Assembly: GCA_963648205.1 (NCBI GenBank)
Contig: CAVJCT010000038.1
Span: 434 to 64,433, forward strand
Reading direction: 5' to 3'
Origin: Flexilinea sp.
Lineage (GTDB): Bacteria > Bacteroidota > Bacteroidia > Bacteroidales > Paludibacteraceae
DNA length: 64,000 nt
Shown here one piece after another: positions 8,800 through 18,784 of this stretch (position 1 is the stretch's first letter; every line of letters begins with the position of its first letter). A program made the translations under genes and the position numbers. The notes under the pieces are model-generated. The model made no database searches. It was given only the letters and a program-made list of their open reading frames with translations, and was not told where the DNA came from.

Positions 8800-10323
8800 A
8801 TGAAAAAATGGATGATTGTTGTCTTGACCATTGTAATGGCAGTTTCCTTTTTCAGTCTGATTGGCTTGCAGGCTTACTACCTCAAACTCAACGTAGACAT
8901 GCGAGCAGACCAATTCAGCGAAGAGGTGAAACGCTCCCTCTATGAAGTCGCCAAACTTTTAGAGGAAGAGGAGACTATGCAATACCTCAACAAGAACCTT
9001 TCTACCCCTTCACAACGCACTCGCATCACCACCAAATCGTCCGTCTTCCTGACCAACGAAGAGGAACAGATGCAACAACTCAAAACAATTGGCGACTCCG
9101 TCAAAAAATACTCCACCGTGCGTGTGAAACCCAACGTCTTCATCTCAATGAAGCATGGGTCAAACTCCATCTTAGAGTCGTCTAAGATTATCCAAAACAA
9201 ACTGAAAGAGCGTTTCTTGCACAACCGTGCTTTGCTCGACGATATTCTCATCCGTTTGTTGAGCGAAACCTACATCAAACCAATCGAAGAGCGTGTAGAC
9301 TTTGCCCTACTCAACGAATTGATAGACAAGGGATTCGAGAACAATGGCATCAATGCGAGACACTATTTCTGCGTGATCAACAACGAAGGGAAGGAAGTCT
9401 ACCGCAGTGCCAATTTCGACGATGAGGCGACAGACATGGAGAGTTATTCTCAACTGCTCTTCCCGAACGACCCAGCACCGCAAGCCAACTACTTGAAGGT
9501 CTTTCTGCCAACCACGCAGAAATTCATCACCTCGAGCAGTCTTTTCTTGCCCTCTGCCATCTTCACGGGATTGCTACTCTTCACATTCATCTTCTCGCTC
9601 ATCATCATCTCGCAGCAAAAGAGACTTTCTGAGATGCGCACCGACTTCATGAACAATATGACGCACGAGTTGAAGACCCCAGTCTCCACCATCTCGCTTG
9701 CCGCCCAAATGCTCAACGACGACGGTGTAACGAAGAGTCAAGAAATGATTGGCCACCTCAGCAAAACCATCAAAGACGAGACAAAACGACTCTCGCAGCA
9801 GATAGACAAAGTGCTGCAAATGTCCATTTTTGAGAAAGAAAGCAGTGCGCTGAAACTCCAAGAGATGGACATCAACGAGTTGATACTCACCATAGCCGGA
9901 ACGTTCGCCATCAAGGTGGAAAACACAGGCGGCGACATCCAAACGGAGTTAGACGCTGAAAATGCCATTGCCAACGTCGACGAAGTACATTTCACCAACA
10001 TCATCTATAATCTGATGGACAACGCCGTGAAATACTCAAACGGACCACTCATTTTGCGACTAAAAACATGGAACGAGAAAAAAAAGTTGTTCATTTCGAT
10101 AGAAGATAATGGAATCGGAATCAAGAAAAACAATTTAAAACGTATATTTGATAAATTTTACCGCGTACCGACAGGCAGCATTCACAATGTGAAAGGATTC
10201 GGATTGGGATTAGCATACGTCAAGAAGGTCGTACAAGACCATAAAGGGACGATAAAGGTAGAAAGTGAGTTTAACAAGGGAACGAAATTTATCATTTCGA
10301 TACCACAAAAACAGAACAAATAG
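8800..10323 (+). CDS. Sensor histidine kinase (two TM segments, HisKA + HATPase_c)
   Basis: H-box MTHELKTPVSTI, N-box DNAVKY, and G-boxes DNGIGI and GFGLGLAYV. TATATTTG at 8787-8794 is a possible -7 box. Confidence 0.88.
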   Translation: MKKWMIVVLTIVMAVSFFSLIGLQAYYLKLNVDMRADQFSEEVKRSLYEVAKLLEEEETMQYLNKNLSTPSQRTRITTKSSVFLTNEEEQMQQLKTIGDSVKKYSTVRVKPNVFISMKHGSNSILESSKIIQNKLKERFLHNRALLDDILIRLLSETYIKPIEERVDFALLNELIDKGFENNGINARHYFCVINNEGKEVYRSANFDDEATDMESYSQLLFPNDPAPQANYLKVFLPTTQKFITSSSLFLPSAIFTGLLLFTFIFSLIIISQQKRLSEMRTDFMNNMTHELKTPVSTISLAAQMLNDDGVTKSQEMIGHLSKTIKDETKRLSQQIDKVLQMSIFEKESSALKLQEMDINELILTIAGTFAIKVENTGGDIQTELDAENAIANVDEVHFTNIIYNLMDNAVKYSNGPLILRLKTWNEKKKLFISIEDNGIGIKKNNLKRIFDKFYRVPTGSIHNVKGFGLGLAYVKKVVQDHKGTIKVESEFNKGTKFIISIPQKQNK

Positions 10324-10345
10324 GAACAAAATAACAATAACGAAT

Positions 10346-11062
10346 ATGGACGAAAAAACAAGAATACTACTCTGTGAGGACGACCAAAATCTTGGTATGC
10401 TTCTTCGCGAATACTTACAAGCAAAGAACTATCTGACAGACCTCATGCCCGATGGCGAAGCTGGTTATAAAGCATTTATGAAAGAGACGTACGACATCTG
10501 CGTGTTCGACGTCATGATGCCGAAGAAGGACGGATTCACCCTCGCCCAAGAGATTCGCCAAGTGAACACGGAAGTGCCAATTCTCTTCCTCTCTGCCAAG
10601 ACATTGAAGAATGACATCTTGGAGGGCTTCAGAATCGGTGCAGACGACTATATCACCAAGCCATTCAGTATGGAAGAGTTGCTCCTCCGTATTGAGGCTA
10701 TTTTGCGCCGTGTGAAGGGCAAAAAGGTGAAAGAGGAGACAGTATTCCAGATGGGTAAGATTCTCTTCGACAAGCAAAAACAGCAGTTGGTTATCAATGA
10801 CGAGATTGTCAAGTTGACCACCAAAGAGTCGGAGTTGCTCGCCCTTCTCTGCGCCCACGCCAACGACGTGTTGGAGCGTAACCACGCCCTCCGCACCATC
10901 TGGGACGAGGACAACTACTTCAACGCCCGCAGTATGGACGTCTACATCACCAAACTCCGAAAACTGCTCAAAGCCGACCCAGAAGTCGAAATCATGAACG
11001 TCCACGGCAAAGGCTACAAAATCATCTATCCGAACTCGGAGAAGAGCGAGGGGGGTGAGTAA
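10346..11062 (+). CDS. OmpR-family response regulator (REC + winged-helix)
   Basis: I take the ATG at 10346 (MDEKTRILLCEDD). The tracked 10265 start would overlap the kinase gene. Receiver-domain motifs are DVMMPKKDG and the conserved K in ITKPF. The C-terminal trans_reg_C-like region includes LTTKESELL and HGKGYK. Confidence 0.9.
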   Translation: MDEKTRILLCEDDQNLGMLLREYLQAKNYLTDLMPDGEAGYKAFMKETYDICVFDVMMPKKDGFTLAQEIRQVNTEVPILFLSAKTLKNDILEGFRIGADDYITKPFSMEELLLRIEAILRRVKGKKVKEETVFQMGKILFDKQKQQLVINDEIVKLTTKESELLALLCAHANDVLERNHALRTIWDEDNYFNARSMDVYITKLRKLLKADPEVEIMNVHGKGYKIIYPNSEKSEGGE

Positions 11063-11081
11063 GAACTCAGGAAGCCACGAT

Positions 11082-11128
11082 AAAAAAAATCCCAGCGAAG
11101 AATAAACTCCACTGGGATTTACTTTTTT
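11082..11128. terminator. Bidirectional intrinsic terminator between the response regulator (+) and PNP (-) genes
   Basis: A 9-bp stem pairs AAATCCCAG (11087-11095) with CTGGGATTT (11112-11120). It is preceded by an A-run and followed by TTTTTT. Confidence 0.7.
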
Positions 11129-11143
11129 ATATTTCTTCAATGC

Positions 11144-11986
11144 CTACATCACGCTTCCACAATACTTCACCATCTCCGTAAACAACGTTGCCAATTTGTC
11201 TTGTGCCAGAAGAGTGTTTTGCTGCACTTCCTCATGGGTTACGTTGCTGAGGTTGGCATCACAACCGACGTTGGAGATGACAGAGACTCCAAAGACGGAC
11301 AAACCTGCGTGATTTGCCACAATGACCTCTGGAACAGTCGACATTCCACATGAATCGCCTCCGATAATGCGGAAATAGCGATACTCAGCGAGCGTTTCAA
11401 AGGTTGGTCCTTGCGTACCAACATACACGCCTTTTTTGAGGTTGAGGTTGCATTTCTTACTGATTTCCTCGGCTGCCACAATCAACTTCTTATCGTACGC
11501 ATTACTCATATCTGGGAAGCGTGTACCCAACTCCTCAATGTTTGGTCCGTGCAGTGGATGCTCAGGGAAAAGATTGATATGATCTTTGATAATCATCACA
11601 TCGCCAGGGATATAGTCGGGATTCAAGCCACCTGCCGCATTAGACACCATCACCACTTGCACACCCAACGCTTTCATCACACGAATCGGGAAGGTAATGT
11701 CTTGCATTGAGTAGCCCTCGTAGTAGTGCAGACGGCCCTGCATTGCCATCACCTCTACCCCTTCCAAGCGTCCGAAGAGCAGTTTGCCAGAGTGCCCCTG
11801 CACCGTACTCGTCTTGAAATGAGGAATTTCCTGATATGGAATCGTATCAACAACATCTATTTTTTTAGCAAAATCGCCTAAGCCAGTGCCTAAGACAATA
11901 GCGATCTTTGGCTTCAAGGCTGTCTTCGTCATCAAAAAATCACGCGCCTCATTGATCGCCTTTAAAAGGTCAAAATTTGCATTCAT
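11144..11986 (-). CDS. Purine nucleoside phosphorylase (PNP/MTAP family, trimeric PunA type)
   Basis: Motifs GTGLG, HSGKLLFGRLEGV..MQGRLHYYEGY and GPTFETLAEYRYFRIIGGDSCGMSTVPEV. Confidence 0.88.
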   Translation of the reverse strand: MNANFDLLKAINEARDFLMTKTALKPKIAIVLGTGLGDFAKKIDVVDTIPYQEIPHFKTSTVQGHSGKLLFGRLEGVEVMAMQGRLHYYEGYSMQDITFPIRVMKALGVQVVMVSNAAGGLNPDYIPGDVMIIKDHINLFPEHPLHGPNIEELGTRFPDMSNAYDKKLIVAAEEISKKCNLNLKKGVYVGTQGPTFETLAEYRYFRIIGGDSCGMSTVPEVIVANHAGLSVFGVSVISNVGCDANLSNVTHEEVQQNTLLAQDKLATLFTEMVKYCGSVM

Positions 11987-12005
11987 GGTATTACGTTTTT
12001 AATTG

Positions 12006-13133
12006 TTATTCATTATTAGATTTCTTCTCAGCATCCAAAAGTTGAGAGAAATATTTGTTTTTCCTTAAGAAACTATGAATCTTCATATTAAACTCCTCCC
12101 CTTCCTCTTTTAAGAACTTGATTTGCAATGGAATATAGAAGATATACGCTTTCAAACTCTCTGGGAAAAGATTGGAATTTTTGAGTCGAACGGCATCCTT
12201 CTCCGTCGTCAAAATGATTTTCTTCGGATTAGTGATTGCATTGAAAGTCTTCTCGATCTCCACCATATCCGACTTCTTGAACGTATGATGGTCGGCATAA
12301 TTGAGCGAGGCAACCTCATTCACCAAGGTATGAACATAATCTTCAAATGGTTTCGGAGCAGCAATACCTGTGAGAGTAAGTACCGTTGTGTCCGATGTCA
12401 AATCACAAGAAGAGCCTTGAAAAACAGGCTGAGGCTCGTCGTATGCAAGAGACGAGAAGTAGAGAGCCTGATAAGGATAGAGTTTCAGATTTTTCCGAAT
12501 GATACGAAACTCAATCGACTGCAAGTTTGTCGGACATTTCGTCAGCACGACAATATCCGCACGCACAGTCGAAGAGATAGGTTCACGCAAATTACCCACA
12601 GGAAGCAAATGATCTTCCGTAATCATTCGATTATAATCAATCAGCAAGATGTTGAGGTCAGGAGAAACATAGCGGTGTTGATAAGCATCGTCGAGGATGA
12701 TGATGTCGGGACGATTGAAAGCCTCTTTCTGCATTTTCGCGATTCCCCGTGTGCGTTTCGCATCAACGGCAACCATAATATCAGGAAATTTTGATTTCAC
12801 CTGATAAGGTTCATCTCCTATCGTAGCAGGAGTCGATTTTTCATCTGCCAACTGAAAACCCTTCGTCTTCCGTTTATAACCCCGAGAGAGAAAACCAACG
12901 TGAAAATCCTCTTTCAGAAGTCGAATAATATATTCAGAGAAAGGCGTTTTTCCCGTTCCACCCACGGTAATATTACCAATTGAGACGATAGGAATCTCAA
13001 ACTTTTTAGAGGGCAAAATTTCCCAATCGAAAAGGACATTACGAAGGGTAACAACCAATCCATAGACTGCAGCGAAGGGCCAGAGGAGAATCCTCAAAAA
13101 AAGTGGTTTTTCATTTCTCATAATCGGAGACAT
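12006..13133 (-). CDS. lpxK: Tetraacyldisaccharide 4'-kinase
   Basis: P-loop GNITVGGTGKTP after an N-terminal TM. I prefer the ATG at 13131-13133 over the tracked TTG at 13148. An ATG at 13121 is also possible. Confidence 0.88.
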   Translation of the reverse strand: MSPIMRNEKPLFLRILLWPFAAVYGLVVTLRNVLFDWEILPSKKFEIPIVSIGNITVGGTGKTPFSEYIIRLLKEDFHVGFLSRGYKRKTKGFQLADEKSTPATIGDEPYQVKSKFPDIMVAVDAKRTRGIAKMQKEAFNRPDIIILDDAYQHRYVSPDLNILLIDYNRMITEDHLLPVGNLREPISSTVRADIVVLTKCPTNLQSIEFRIIRKNLKLYPYQALYFSSLAYDEPQPVFQGSSCDLTSDTTVLTLTGIAAPKPFEDYVHTLVNEVASLNYADHHTFKKSDMVEIEKTFNAITNPKKIILTTEKDAVRLKNSNLFPESLKAYIFYIPLQIKFLKEEGEEFNMKIHSFLRKNKYFSQLLDAEKKSNNE

Positions 13134-13332
13134 AATGAGATTTGACAATCAAGACACGCGCTTGTAACTCAAGCACCGTTAAGGACTTATAAATTTAGTC
13201 ATATATTTAACGTATGCAAAAGAAAATGTGAAAAAAGGTAAAATCTTCAGCAAGAAATGTGAAAAATAGATGTTATACAACACAATTAGCAGATAAAGTT
13301 CTACGATTGTTTGTGAAATCAAAAAAAAGACG

Positions 13333-13340
13333 TACCTTTG
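13333..13340 (+). promoter_or_regulatory. Candidate -7 box TACCTTTG for the rimP-nusA-infB operon
   Basis: Matches TAnnTTTG. It is the only such motif in the lpxK/rimP divergent intergenic region on the + strand. Lies 100 nt upstream of the rimP ATG. Confidence 0.45.
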
Positions 13341-13365
13341 TAACGTAAGGTTGAAATCGGGATGG

Positions 13366-13400
13366 ATGGGGGCTTGCGGAAGTCTCCATTTTTTGTGTTT
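13366..13400 (+). terminator. Terminator-like hairpin (possible attenuator) in the rimP-nusA-infB leader
   Basis: A 10-bp stem pairs ATGGGGGCTT (13366-13375) with AAGTCTCCAT (13380-13389), including two G-U pairs. The loop is GCGG. It is followed by TTTTTGTGTTTTG and lies between the -7 box and the rimP ATG at 13440. Confidence 0.55.
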
Positions 13401-13439
13401 TGAAGCCGAACAGAAACAAAGTCAAACAAAAAAGACCAA

Positions 13440-13907
13440 ATGATAGAAGAGAAGAAAATCTATGAGATAGTTGAGGAGTGCATTGCAGATACTCCCTATT
13501 TCTTAGTGGGAGTAGAAGTGAGTGCAGACAATGTGATATCTGTGGAGATAGACTCTGAAGAGAGCGTCTCGTTAGACTATTGCATAGAACTCTCGAAGAA
13601 AATAGAGTCGAAGTTAGACCGAGATCAAGAAGATTTCGAGTTGAACGTAGGCTCAGCCGGACTGACATCTCCATTCAAAGTACTTCGCCAATATAAGAAG
13701 TATGAAGGAAAGGAAGTGGAAGTTCAAGTGAAAAATGGTCCGAAATATGTGGGCGTGTTGGTGAACGTGACGGAGAACGATTTCGGTGTTGAGACGACCA
13801 GAAAAGAGAAGAAAGAAGGAGAAAAGAAAAAAGTTGATGTTACAGAGGTGATAACGATAGCGTACGACCAAGTAGCGGAAGCAAAATATTCATTGAAATT
13901 TAAATAA
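13440..13907 (+). CDS. rimP: Ribosome maturation factor RimP
   Basis: 155 aa, sits immediately upstream of nusA in the conserved rimP-nusA-infB order. The N-terminal pattern is RimP-like. Confidence 0.85.
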   Translation: MIEEKKIYEIVEECIADTPYFLVGVEVSADNVISVEIDSEESVSLDYCIELSKKIESKLDRDQEDFELNVGSAGLTSPFKVLRQYKKYEGKEVEVQVKNGPKYVGVLVNVTENDFGVETTRKEKKEGEKKKVDVTEVITIAYDQVAEAKYSLKFK

Positions 13908-13915
13908 ACTAAAAT

Positions 13916-15247
13916 ATGGCAAGGCAAGAAGCAGTTAGTTTGAGTGATACCTTTGCAGAGTTCAAAGACCTCAAGAATATAGACAGAAGCACGATGGTGA
14001 GTGTCCTTGAGGACTCTTTCCGTAGTGTTATTGCTAAAATGTTTGGCACAGATGAGAACTATGACATCATCATCAATCCAGACAAAGGCGATTTCGAGAT
14101 TTACCGCAACCGTATGGTTGTTGAGGATGACGACTTTGAGGATGAAAACACCGAGATTTCGTTGACAGATGCGCGCAAGATCGCAGACGACTTCGAGATT
14201 GGCGAGGAGGTAACAGACAAAGTAGACTTTGCTTCGTTTGGACGCCGTGCTGTATTGAATCTTCGTCAGACTTTGGCATCCAAGATTTTGGATTTACAGA
14301 AAGACACGCTCTATAATAAATATAAAGAGAAAGTCGGAACAATCGTAGTTGGTGAGGTTTACCAAGTATGGAAGAAAGAGATTTTGTTGTTAGACGATGA
14401 GAACAACGAGATGTTGCTTCCTAAGCAGGAGCAGATTCCTTCAGACTTCTACCGCAAGGGCGACACTGTAAGAGCCGTTGTAGCCAAGGTAGACAACCGC
14501 AACAACAATCCGAAGATCATTCTTTCAAGAACCTCTCCATTGTTCTTGCAGAGATTGTTTGAGTTGGAAGTGCCAGAGATCAACGACGGATTGATCACGA
14601 TTCGCCGCATCGCACGTATTCCAGGAGAGCGCGCCAAGGTAGCAGTAGAGTCATACGATGAGCGTATTGACCCAGTAGGCGCATGTGTCGGAATGAAGGG
14701 ATCACGTATCCACGGAATCGTGAGAGAGTTGAGAAATGAGAATATTGATGTAATCAATTATACAAGCAACCCATCTTTGTTCATCTCGAGAGCGTTGAGT
14801 CCAGCGCGTATCTCTTCCATCCATGTGATTGAAGAGTATAAGAGAGCAGAGGTGTTCTTGCAACCAGAAGAAGTTTCGTTGGCTATCGGAAAGAGCGGAA
14901 TGAACATTCGTTTGGCGGGAATGTTGACCGACTATCAGATTGAGGTGTTCCGCGATGTTGACGAGTCTATCGAGTCTGGAGATATCTTCTTGAATGAGTT
15001 CCTCGACGAGATCGAGCCATGGGTGATCGATACGTTGAAGGGAATTGGTTGTGACACTGCAAAGCAGGTTTTGAACATTCCTCGCGAAGAGTTGATCAGA
15101 AGAACTGATTTGGAAGAAGAGACAATCGACGATGTATTGCGTATTCTAAGTGCCGAATTTGAGGGATCCGAGAACGAGGAGCCAACAGAGCCAGCACAGG
15201 AGGATGAGAATCCTATTCAGGCAGAGAGTGAGGAAGAACAGAACTAA
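13916..15247 (+). CDS. nusA: Transcription termination/antitermination factor NusA
   Basis: S1 domain ([13 protein letters not shown]) and KH domains ([26 protein letters not shown]), with an acidic C-terminal tail. Confidence 0.93.
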   Translation: MARQEAVSLSDTFAEFKDLKNIDRSTMVSVLEDSFRSVIAKMFGTDENYDIIINPDKGDFEIYRNRMVVEDDDFEDENTEISLTDARKIADDFEIGEEVTDKVDFASFGRRAVLNLRQTLASKILDLQKDTLYNKYKEKVGTIVVGEVYQVWKKEILLLDDENNEMLLPKQEQIPSDFYRKGDTVRAVVAKVDNRNNNPKIILSRTSPLFLQRLFELEVPEINDGLITIRRIARIPGERAKVAVESYDERIDPVGACVGMKGSRIHGIVRELRNENIDVINYTSNPSLFISRALSPARISSIHVIEEYKRAEVFLQPEEVSLAIGKSGMNIRLAGMLTDYQIEVFRDVDESIESGDIFLNEFLDEIEPWVIDTLKGIGCDTAKQVLNIPREELIRRTDLEEETIDDVLRILSAEFEGSENEEPTEPAQEDENPIQAESEEEQN

Positions 15248-15264
15248 ACAACTTAAAAGGTAAT

Positions 15265-18186
15265 ATGTCCATTAGATTAAGTAAAATAGCAAAAGAACTA
15301 AACGTAGGCGCAGATAAGGTTGTGGATTTCTTGGCCCAGAAGGGACACCAGATTCCAGCAGACAACCTCAACGTTACATTGACAGACGAGCAGGAAAAGT
15401 TGTGTTTTGATGGGTTAGGAGATAATTCAAAGATAAAGATTGACTCACAGAAGATTACCAAACAACGTCAAGAGAACAGAGGGCCAAAAGAGAGTGTCTC
15501 TATCGAGGGATTCGACGATAAAAACAAGGATTCAAAATCTTCAAATGGCGAAGTTCGCGGTCCTCATATCATAGGAAAGATCGATTTGAACAATGTTGGG
15601 AAAAAGCCTGCTAATCAAGAACCTAAGAAGGAGGAGAAGGCAGCACCAGCACCAAAACCTGAAGTTGTTGAGGAGAAACCAGTAGAGAAGCCACAGGAGA
15701 AGGCTGAGGAGAAACCACAACCAAAGCCAGAACCGAAGAAAGAGGCTGCACCAATCGCTGAGAAGCCTGCTACAACTCCTGCCTCTGAGGAGAAAAAGCC
15801 AGAACCAGCCCCTACTTCTTCTGCAGAGCCTAAAGAGAAGGGAGACGAGATCTTCTCAATCTCACACGCACCAAAGACATCCATCAATGTCATTGGCAAG
15901 ATCGACTTGTCTACTATCAACCAACAAACTCGTCCAAAGAAGAAGACTAAGGAGGAGAAGAAGAAGGAACGCGAGCAACAACGTGGTCCAAAGCAAGGTG
16001 GAAACGGTCAGAATCCAAGCAACAACGGTGGAGATGCCAACAACGCCAACGGTGAGCGTCAAGGCAAACGTAAGAGAATACAAAAAGAGCGTGTTGACAT
16101 CAACGACTTCAACAAGTCAGACAATAATAACAACAACGGTCAGCAACGCAACAACCACAACGGCGGTAACAACAACAATAACAATGGTGGTAAAGACCGT
16201 CGCAATGGTAATAACAACAACGGTAACAACAAGGGTGGCAATTTCAAAAACAACAATCGTCAACCAGTTGTTAAACAAGAAGTTAACGAAGAAGAGGTTC
16301 AGAAACAGATCAAAGAGACTTTGGCTCGCTTGACCAGCAAGGGTCAGAAGACCAAAGGTTCTAAGCACCGCCGCGACAAGCGTGAGATGCAAGCCAACCG
16401 TTTGCACGAGCAGGAGGAGCAAGAGAAACTCGAATCTAAGATTCTGAAAATCACCGAGTTCGTTACCGTCAGCGAGTTGGCTACGATGATGAACGTATCT
16501 GTAACAGAGGTCATCAGTACATGTATGAGTTTCGGACTCATGGTGTCTATCAACCAACGTTTGGATGCTGAGTCAATCAACATCGTGGCAGAGGAGTTCG
16601 GATTCCAAACTGAATATGTGAGTGCCGAGGTTACGGCAGCCATTCAGGTGGAAGAAGACAAAGAAGAAGACTTGGTAAGACGTCCACCTATCGTAACTGT
16701 GATGGGACACGTCGACCACGGTAAGACTTCATTGTTGGACTATATCCGTCAGACGAACGTGATTGCTGGTGAGGCTGGAGGTATCACTCAGCACATTGGA
16801 GCATACAATGTAACGTTGAAAGACGGTCAGCAGATTACCTTCCTCGATACTCCAGGACACGAAGCGTTCACCGCCATGCGTGCCAGAGGAGCCAAGGTTA
16901 CGGATATCGCAATTATCATTGTCGCAGCCGATGATGATGTCATGCCACAAACCGTTGAGGCTATCAACCACGCCTCTATCGCAGGTGTGCCTATCATTTT
17001 CGCAATCAACAAGATTGATAAACCAACTGCCAATCCAGATAAAATCAAGGAGAAACTCGCTTCTATGAACTATTTGGTGGAGGAATGGGGAGGTAAATAC
17101 CAATCACAAGACATTGCTGCCAAGAAAGGTATCGGCGTACCAGAATTGATGGAGAAGGTACTTTTGGAGGCTGAGATGTTGGATTTGAAGGCCAATCCAA
17201 ACCGTCGCGCAGTAGGTTCAATCATTGAGTCTCAGTTGGATAAAGGTCGTGGATATATCTCAACTGTGTTGGTCAGCAACGGTACACTCCGTGTAGGAGA
17301 CGTTGTCGTAGCAGGTATCAACTACGGACGTATCAAGGCGATGTTCAACGAGCGTAACCAACGTGTGCAAGAAGCAAAACCATCAGAGCCTGTCGTAATC
17401 CTCGGATTGAACGGTGCTCCACAAGCAGGAGATAACTTCAACGTTTTGGAGACAGAGCAAGAGGCACGTGAAATTGCAACGAAACGTGAGCAATTGCAAC
17501 GTGAGCAAGGATTACGTACCACGAAGCACCTTACATTGGAAGAGATTGCACGTCGTCGTGCCTTAGGAAACTTCCAAGAGATGAACATCATCGTAAAGGC
17601 GGATGTGGATGGATCAGCAGAGGCACTGAAAGACTCTTTGGAAAAATTGTCAACCGAAGAGTTCGCTGTCAACGTCATTCACAAGGCAGTCGGTCAGATT
17701 TCAGAATCAGACGTTATGTTGGCATCCACAGCAGATGCGATCATAGTCGGATTCCAGGTTCGTCCGTCAGTAGCTGCACGAAGAGTAGCCGAGAAGGAAG
17801 GTGTAGATATCCGTTTGTACTCTATCATCTACGATGCAATCGAGCAGATGAAAGACGCAATGGTCGGAATGCTTTCACCAGAGGTCAAAGAGGAGGTTAC
17901 AGGTACTGCAGAAGTACAAGAGACCTTCAAGATCAGCAAGGTGGGAACAATCGCCGGATGTATCGTTCGCGACGGAAAAATCAAGAGAGGCAACAAAGTG
18001 CGTGTCATTCGCGATGGTATCGTGGTGTTCACGGGCGAGTTAGCATCTTTGAAGCGATTCAAGGACGATGTCAAGGAAGTTGGAAACGGCTTCGAATGTG
18101 GTTTGAACATTGCCGGATACAATGATTTGCTCGTTGGCGATATCATCGAGAGTTTCGAGGAGATCGAGGTAAAACGTACCTTGTAA
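15265..18186 (+). CDS. infB: Translation initiation factor IF-2
   Basis: GTPase motifs [17 protein letters not shown] and NKID. The N-terminal region is long and low-complexity, first P/E/K-rich and then Asn/Gly-rich. Confidence 0.95.
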   Translation: MSIRLSKIAKELNVGADKVVDFLAQKGHQIPADNLNVTLTDEQEKLCFDGLGDNSKIKIDSQKITKQRQENRGPKESVSIEGFDDKNKDSKSSNGEVRGPHIIGKIDLNNVGKKPANQEPKKEEKAAPAPKPEVVEEKPVEKPQEKAEEKPQPKPEPKKEAAPIAEKPATTPASEEKKPEPAPTSSAEPKEKGDEIFSISHAPKTSINVIGKIDLSTINQQTRPKKKTKEEKKKEREQQRGPKQGGNGQNPSNNGGDANNANGERQGKRKRIQKERVDINDFNKSDNNNNNGQQRNNHNGGNNNNNNGGKDRRNGNNNNGNNKGGNFKNNNRQPVVKQEVNEEEVQKQIKETLARLTSKGQKTKGSKHRRDKREMQANRLHEQEEQEKLESKILKITEFVTVSELATMMNVSVTEVISTCMSFGLMVSINQRLDAESINIVAEEFGFQTEYVSAEVTAAIQVEEDKEEDLVRRPPIVTVMGHVDHGKTSLLDYIRQTNVIAGEAGGITQHIGAYNVTLKDGQQITFLDTPGHEAFTAMRARGAKVTDIAIIIVAADDDVMPQTVEAINHASIAGVPIIFAINKIDKPTANPDKIKEKLASMNYLVEEWGGKYQSQDIAAKKGIGVPELMEKVLLEAEMLDLKANPNRRAVGSIIESQLDKGRGYISTVLVSNGTLRVGDVVVAGINYGRIKAMFNERNQRVQEAKPSEPVVILGLNGAPQAGDNFNVLETEQEAREIATKREQLQREQGLRTTKHLTLEEIARRRALGNFQEMNIIVKADVDGSAEALKDSLEKLSTEEFAVNVIHKAVGQISESDVMLASTADAIIVGFQVRPSVAARRVAEKEGVDIRLYSIIYDAIEQMKDAMVGMLSPEVKEEVTGTAEVQETFKISKVGTIAGCIVRDGKIKRGNKVRVIRDGIVVFTGELASLKRFKDDVKEVGNGFECGLNIAGYNDLLVGDIIESFEEIEVKRTL

Positions 18187-18201
18187 TAACGACAGATAAG
18201 A

Positions 18202-18699
18202 ATGGCAGCAATCGACATTGTATTAGTGGCCGTAATGATATATGCTATCGTACGGGGAGCGATGAAAGGCTTCATCGTATCGATAGCATCTATGTTCGGA
18301 GTCTTCATAAGTCTCTTTGTAGCAAAGAATTACGGAGAAGATGTAATGCATTTCATACTGTCGAAAGTAGAGTGGACGGCAGAGACGAACTACATAGTCT
18401 CGTTTGTTGTCGTTTTCTTATTGATGATGATATTGGTGCGATTTGGAGCGATTGCGGTGTCAAAATTAGCGAACATGGTGATGTTAGGCTGGCTCGACAA
18501 ACTGTTGGGAGCAGTCTTCACCTGGGTGAAATATTTAGTCATCCTAAGCGCGTGTTTGTATGTGTTTGACAGAATAAACAATCACCTACACTTCGCCTCG
18601 GAAGAATATCTGCAATCATCCGCCTTGTATCAGCCAGTCAAGTCGATCGCCGAGTATTTAGTAGCACAAGACTTTTCAGACACCAAACAACCAGAGTAG
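18202..18699 (+). CDS. cvpA: CvpA family membrane protein
   Basis: 165 aa with four hydrophobic segments. The N-terminus MAAIDIVLVAVMIYAIVRGAMKGF is typical of colicin V production protein family members. Confidence 0.75.
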   Translation: MAAIDIVLVAVMIYAIVRGAMKGFIVSIASMFGVFISLFVAKNYGEDVMHFILSKVEWTAETNYIVSFVVVFLLMMILVRFGAIAVSKLANMVMLGWLDKLLGAVFTWVKYLVILSACLYVFDRINNHLHFASEEYLQSSALYQPVKSIAEYLVAQDFSDTKQPE

Positions 18700-18740
18700 A
18701 GACACAAACAACGGTTTCTACTCTATAAGGATATTGTTAT

Positions 18741-18781
18741 AATCAGCGGAAACTTCGATTTTTCGATAGTTTCCGCTGATT
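18741..18781. repeat. Palindromic element copy 1 (also a likely bidirectional terminator for cvpA and the ATPase gene)
   Basis: A 14-bp stem pairs AATCAGCGGAAACT (18741-18754) with AGTTTCCGCTGATT (18768-18781). The 13-nt loop has a T-run at its centre. The same arms recur at 20252-20304. Confidence 0.8.
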
Positions 18782-18784
18782 TTG

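Noticed and set aside
10265-10345. N-terminal extension of the response regulator from the tracked start at 10265.
   Set aside because: It would overlap the kinase gene's 3' end by 59 nt and add a basic 27-aa stretch unrelated to receiver domains. The ATG at 10346 gives the canonical MDEKTRILLCEDD start.
13224-13266. Direct repeat AAATGTGAAAAA at 13224-13235 and 13255-13266 in the lpxK/rimP intergenic region.
   Set aside because: The 12-mer is very A-rich and sits in AT-rich DNA, so chance recurrence is plausible. There is no palindromic structure and no recognisable regulator motif.
13273-13674. 133-aa minus-strand ORF spanning the lpxK/rimP intergenic region and the start of rimP.
   Set aside because: It overlaps rimP and the leader hairpin, has an S/L/R-rich composition with no motifs, and lies antisense to a conserved gene.
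15887-16557. Alternative-frame and antisense ORFs, and repeat-like DNA, in the Asn-rich part of infB, considered as a possible repeat array.
   Set aside because: The repeats are imperfect codon-level AAC/AAT/GGT runs inside a well-supported CDS. They do not have the spacer-repeat architecture of a CRISPR array or a minisatellite.
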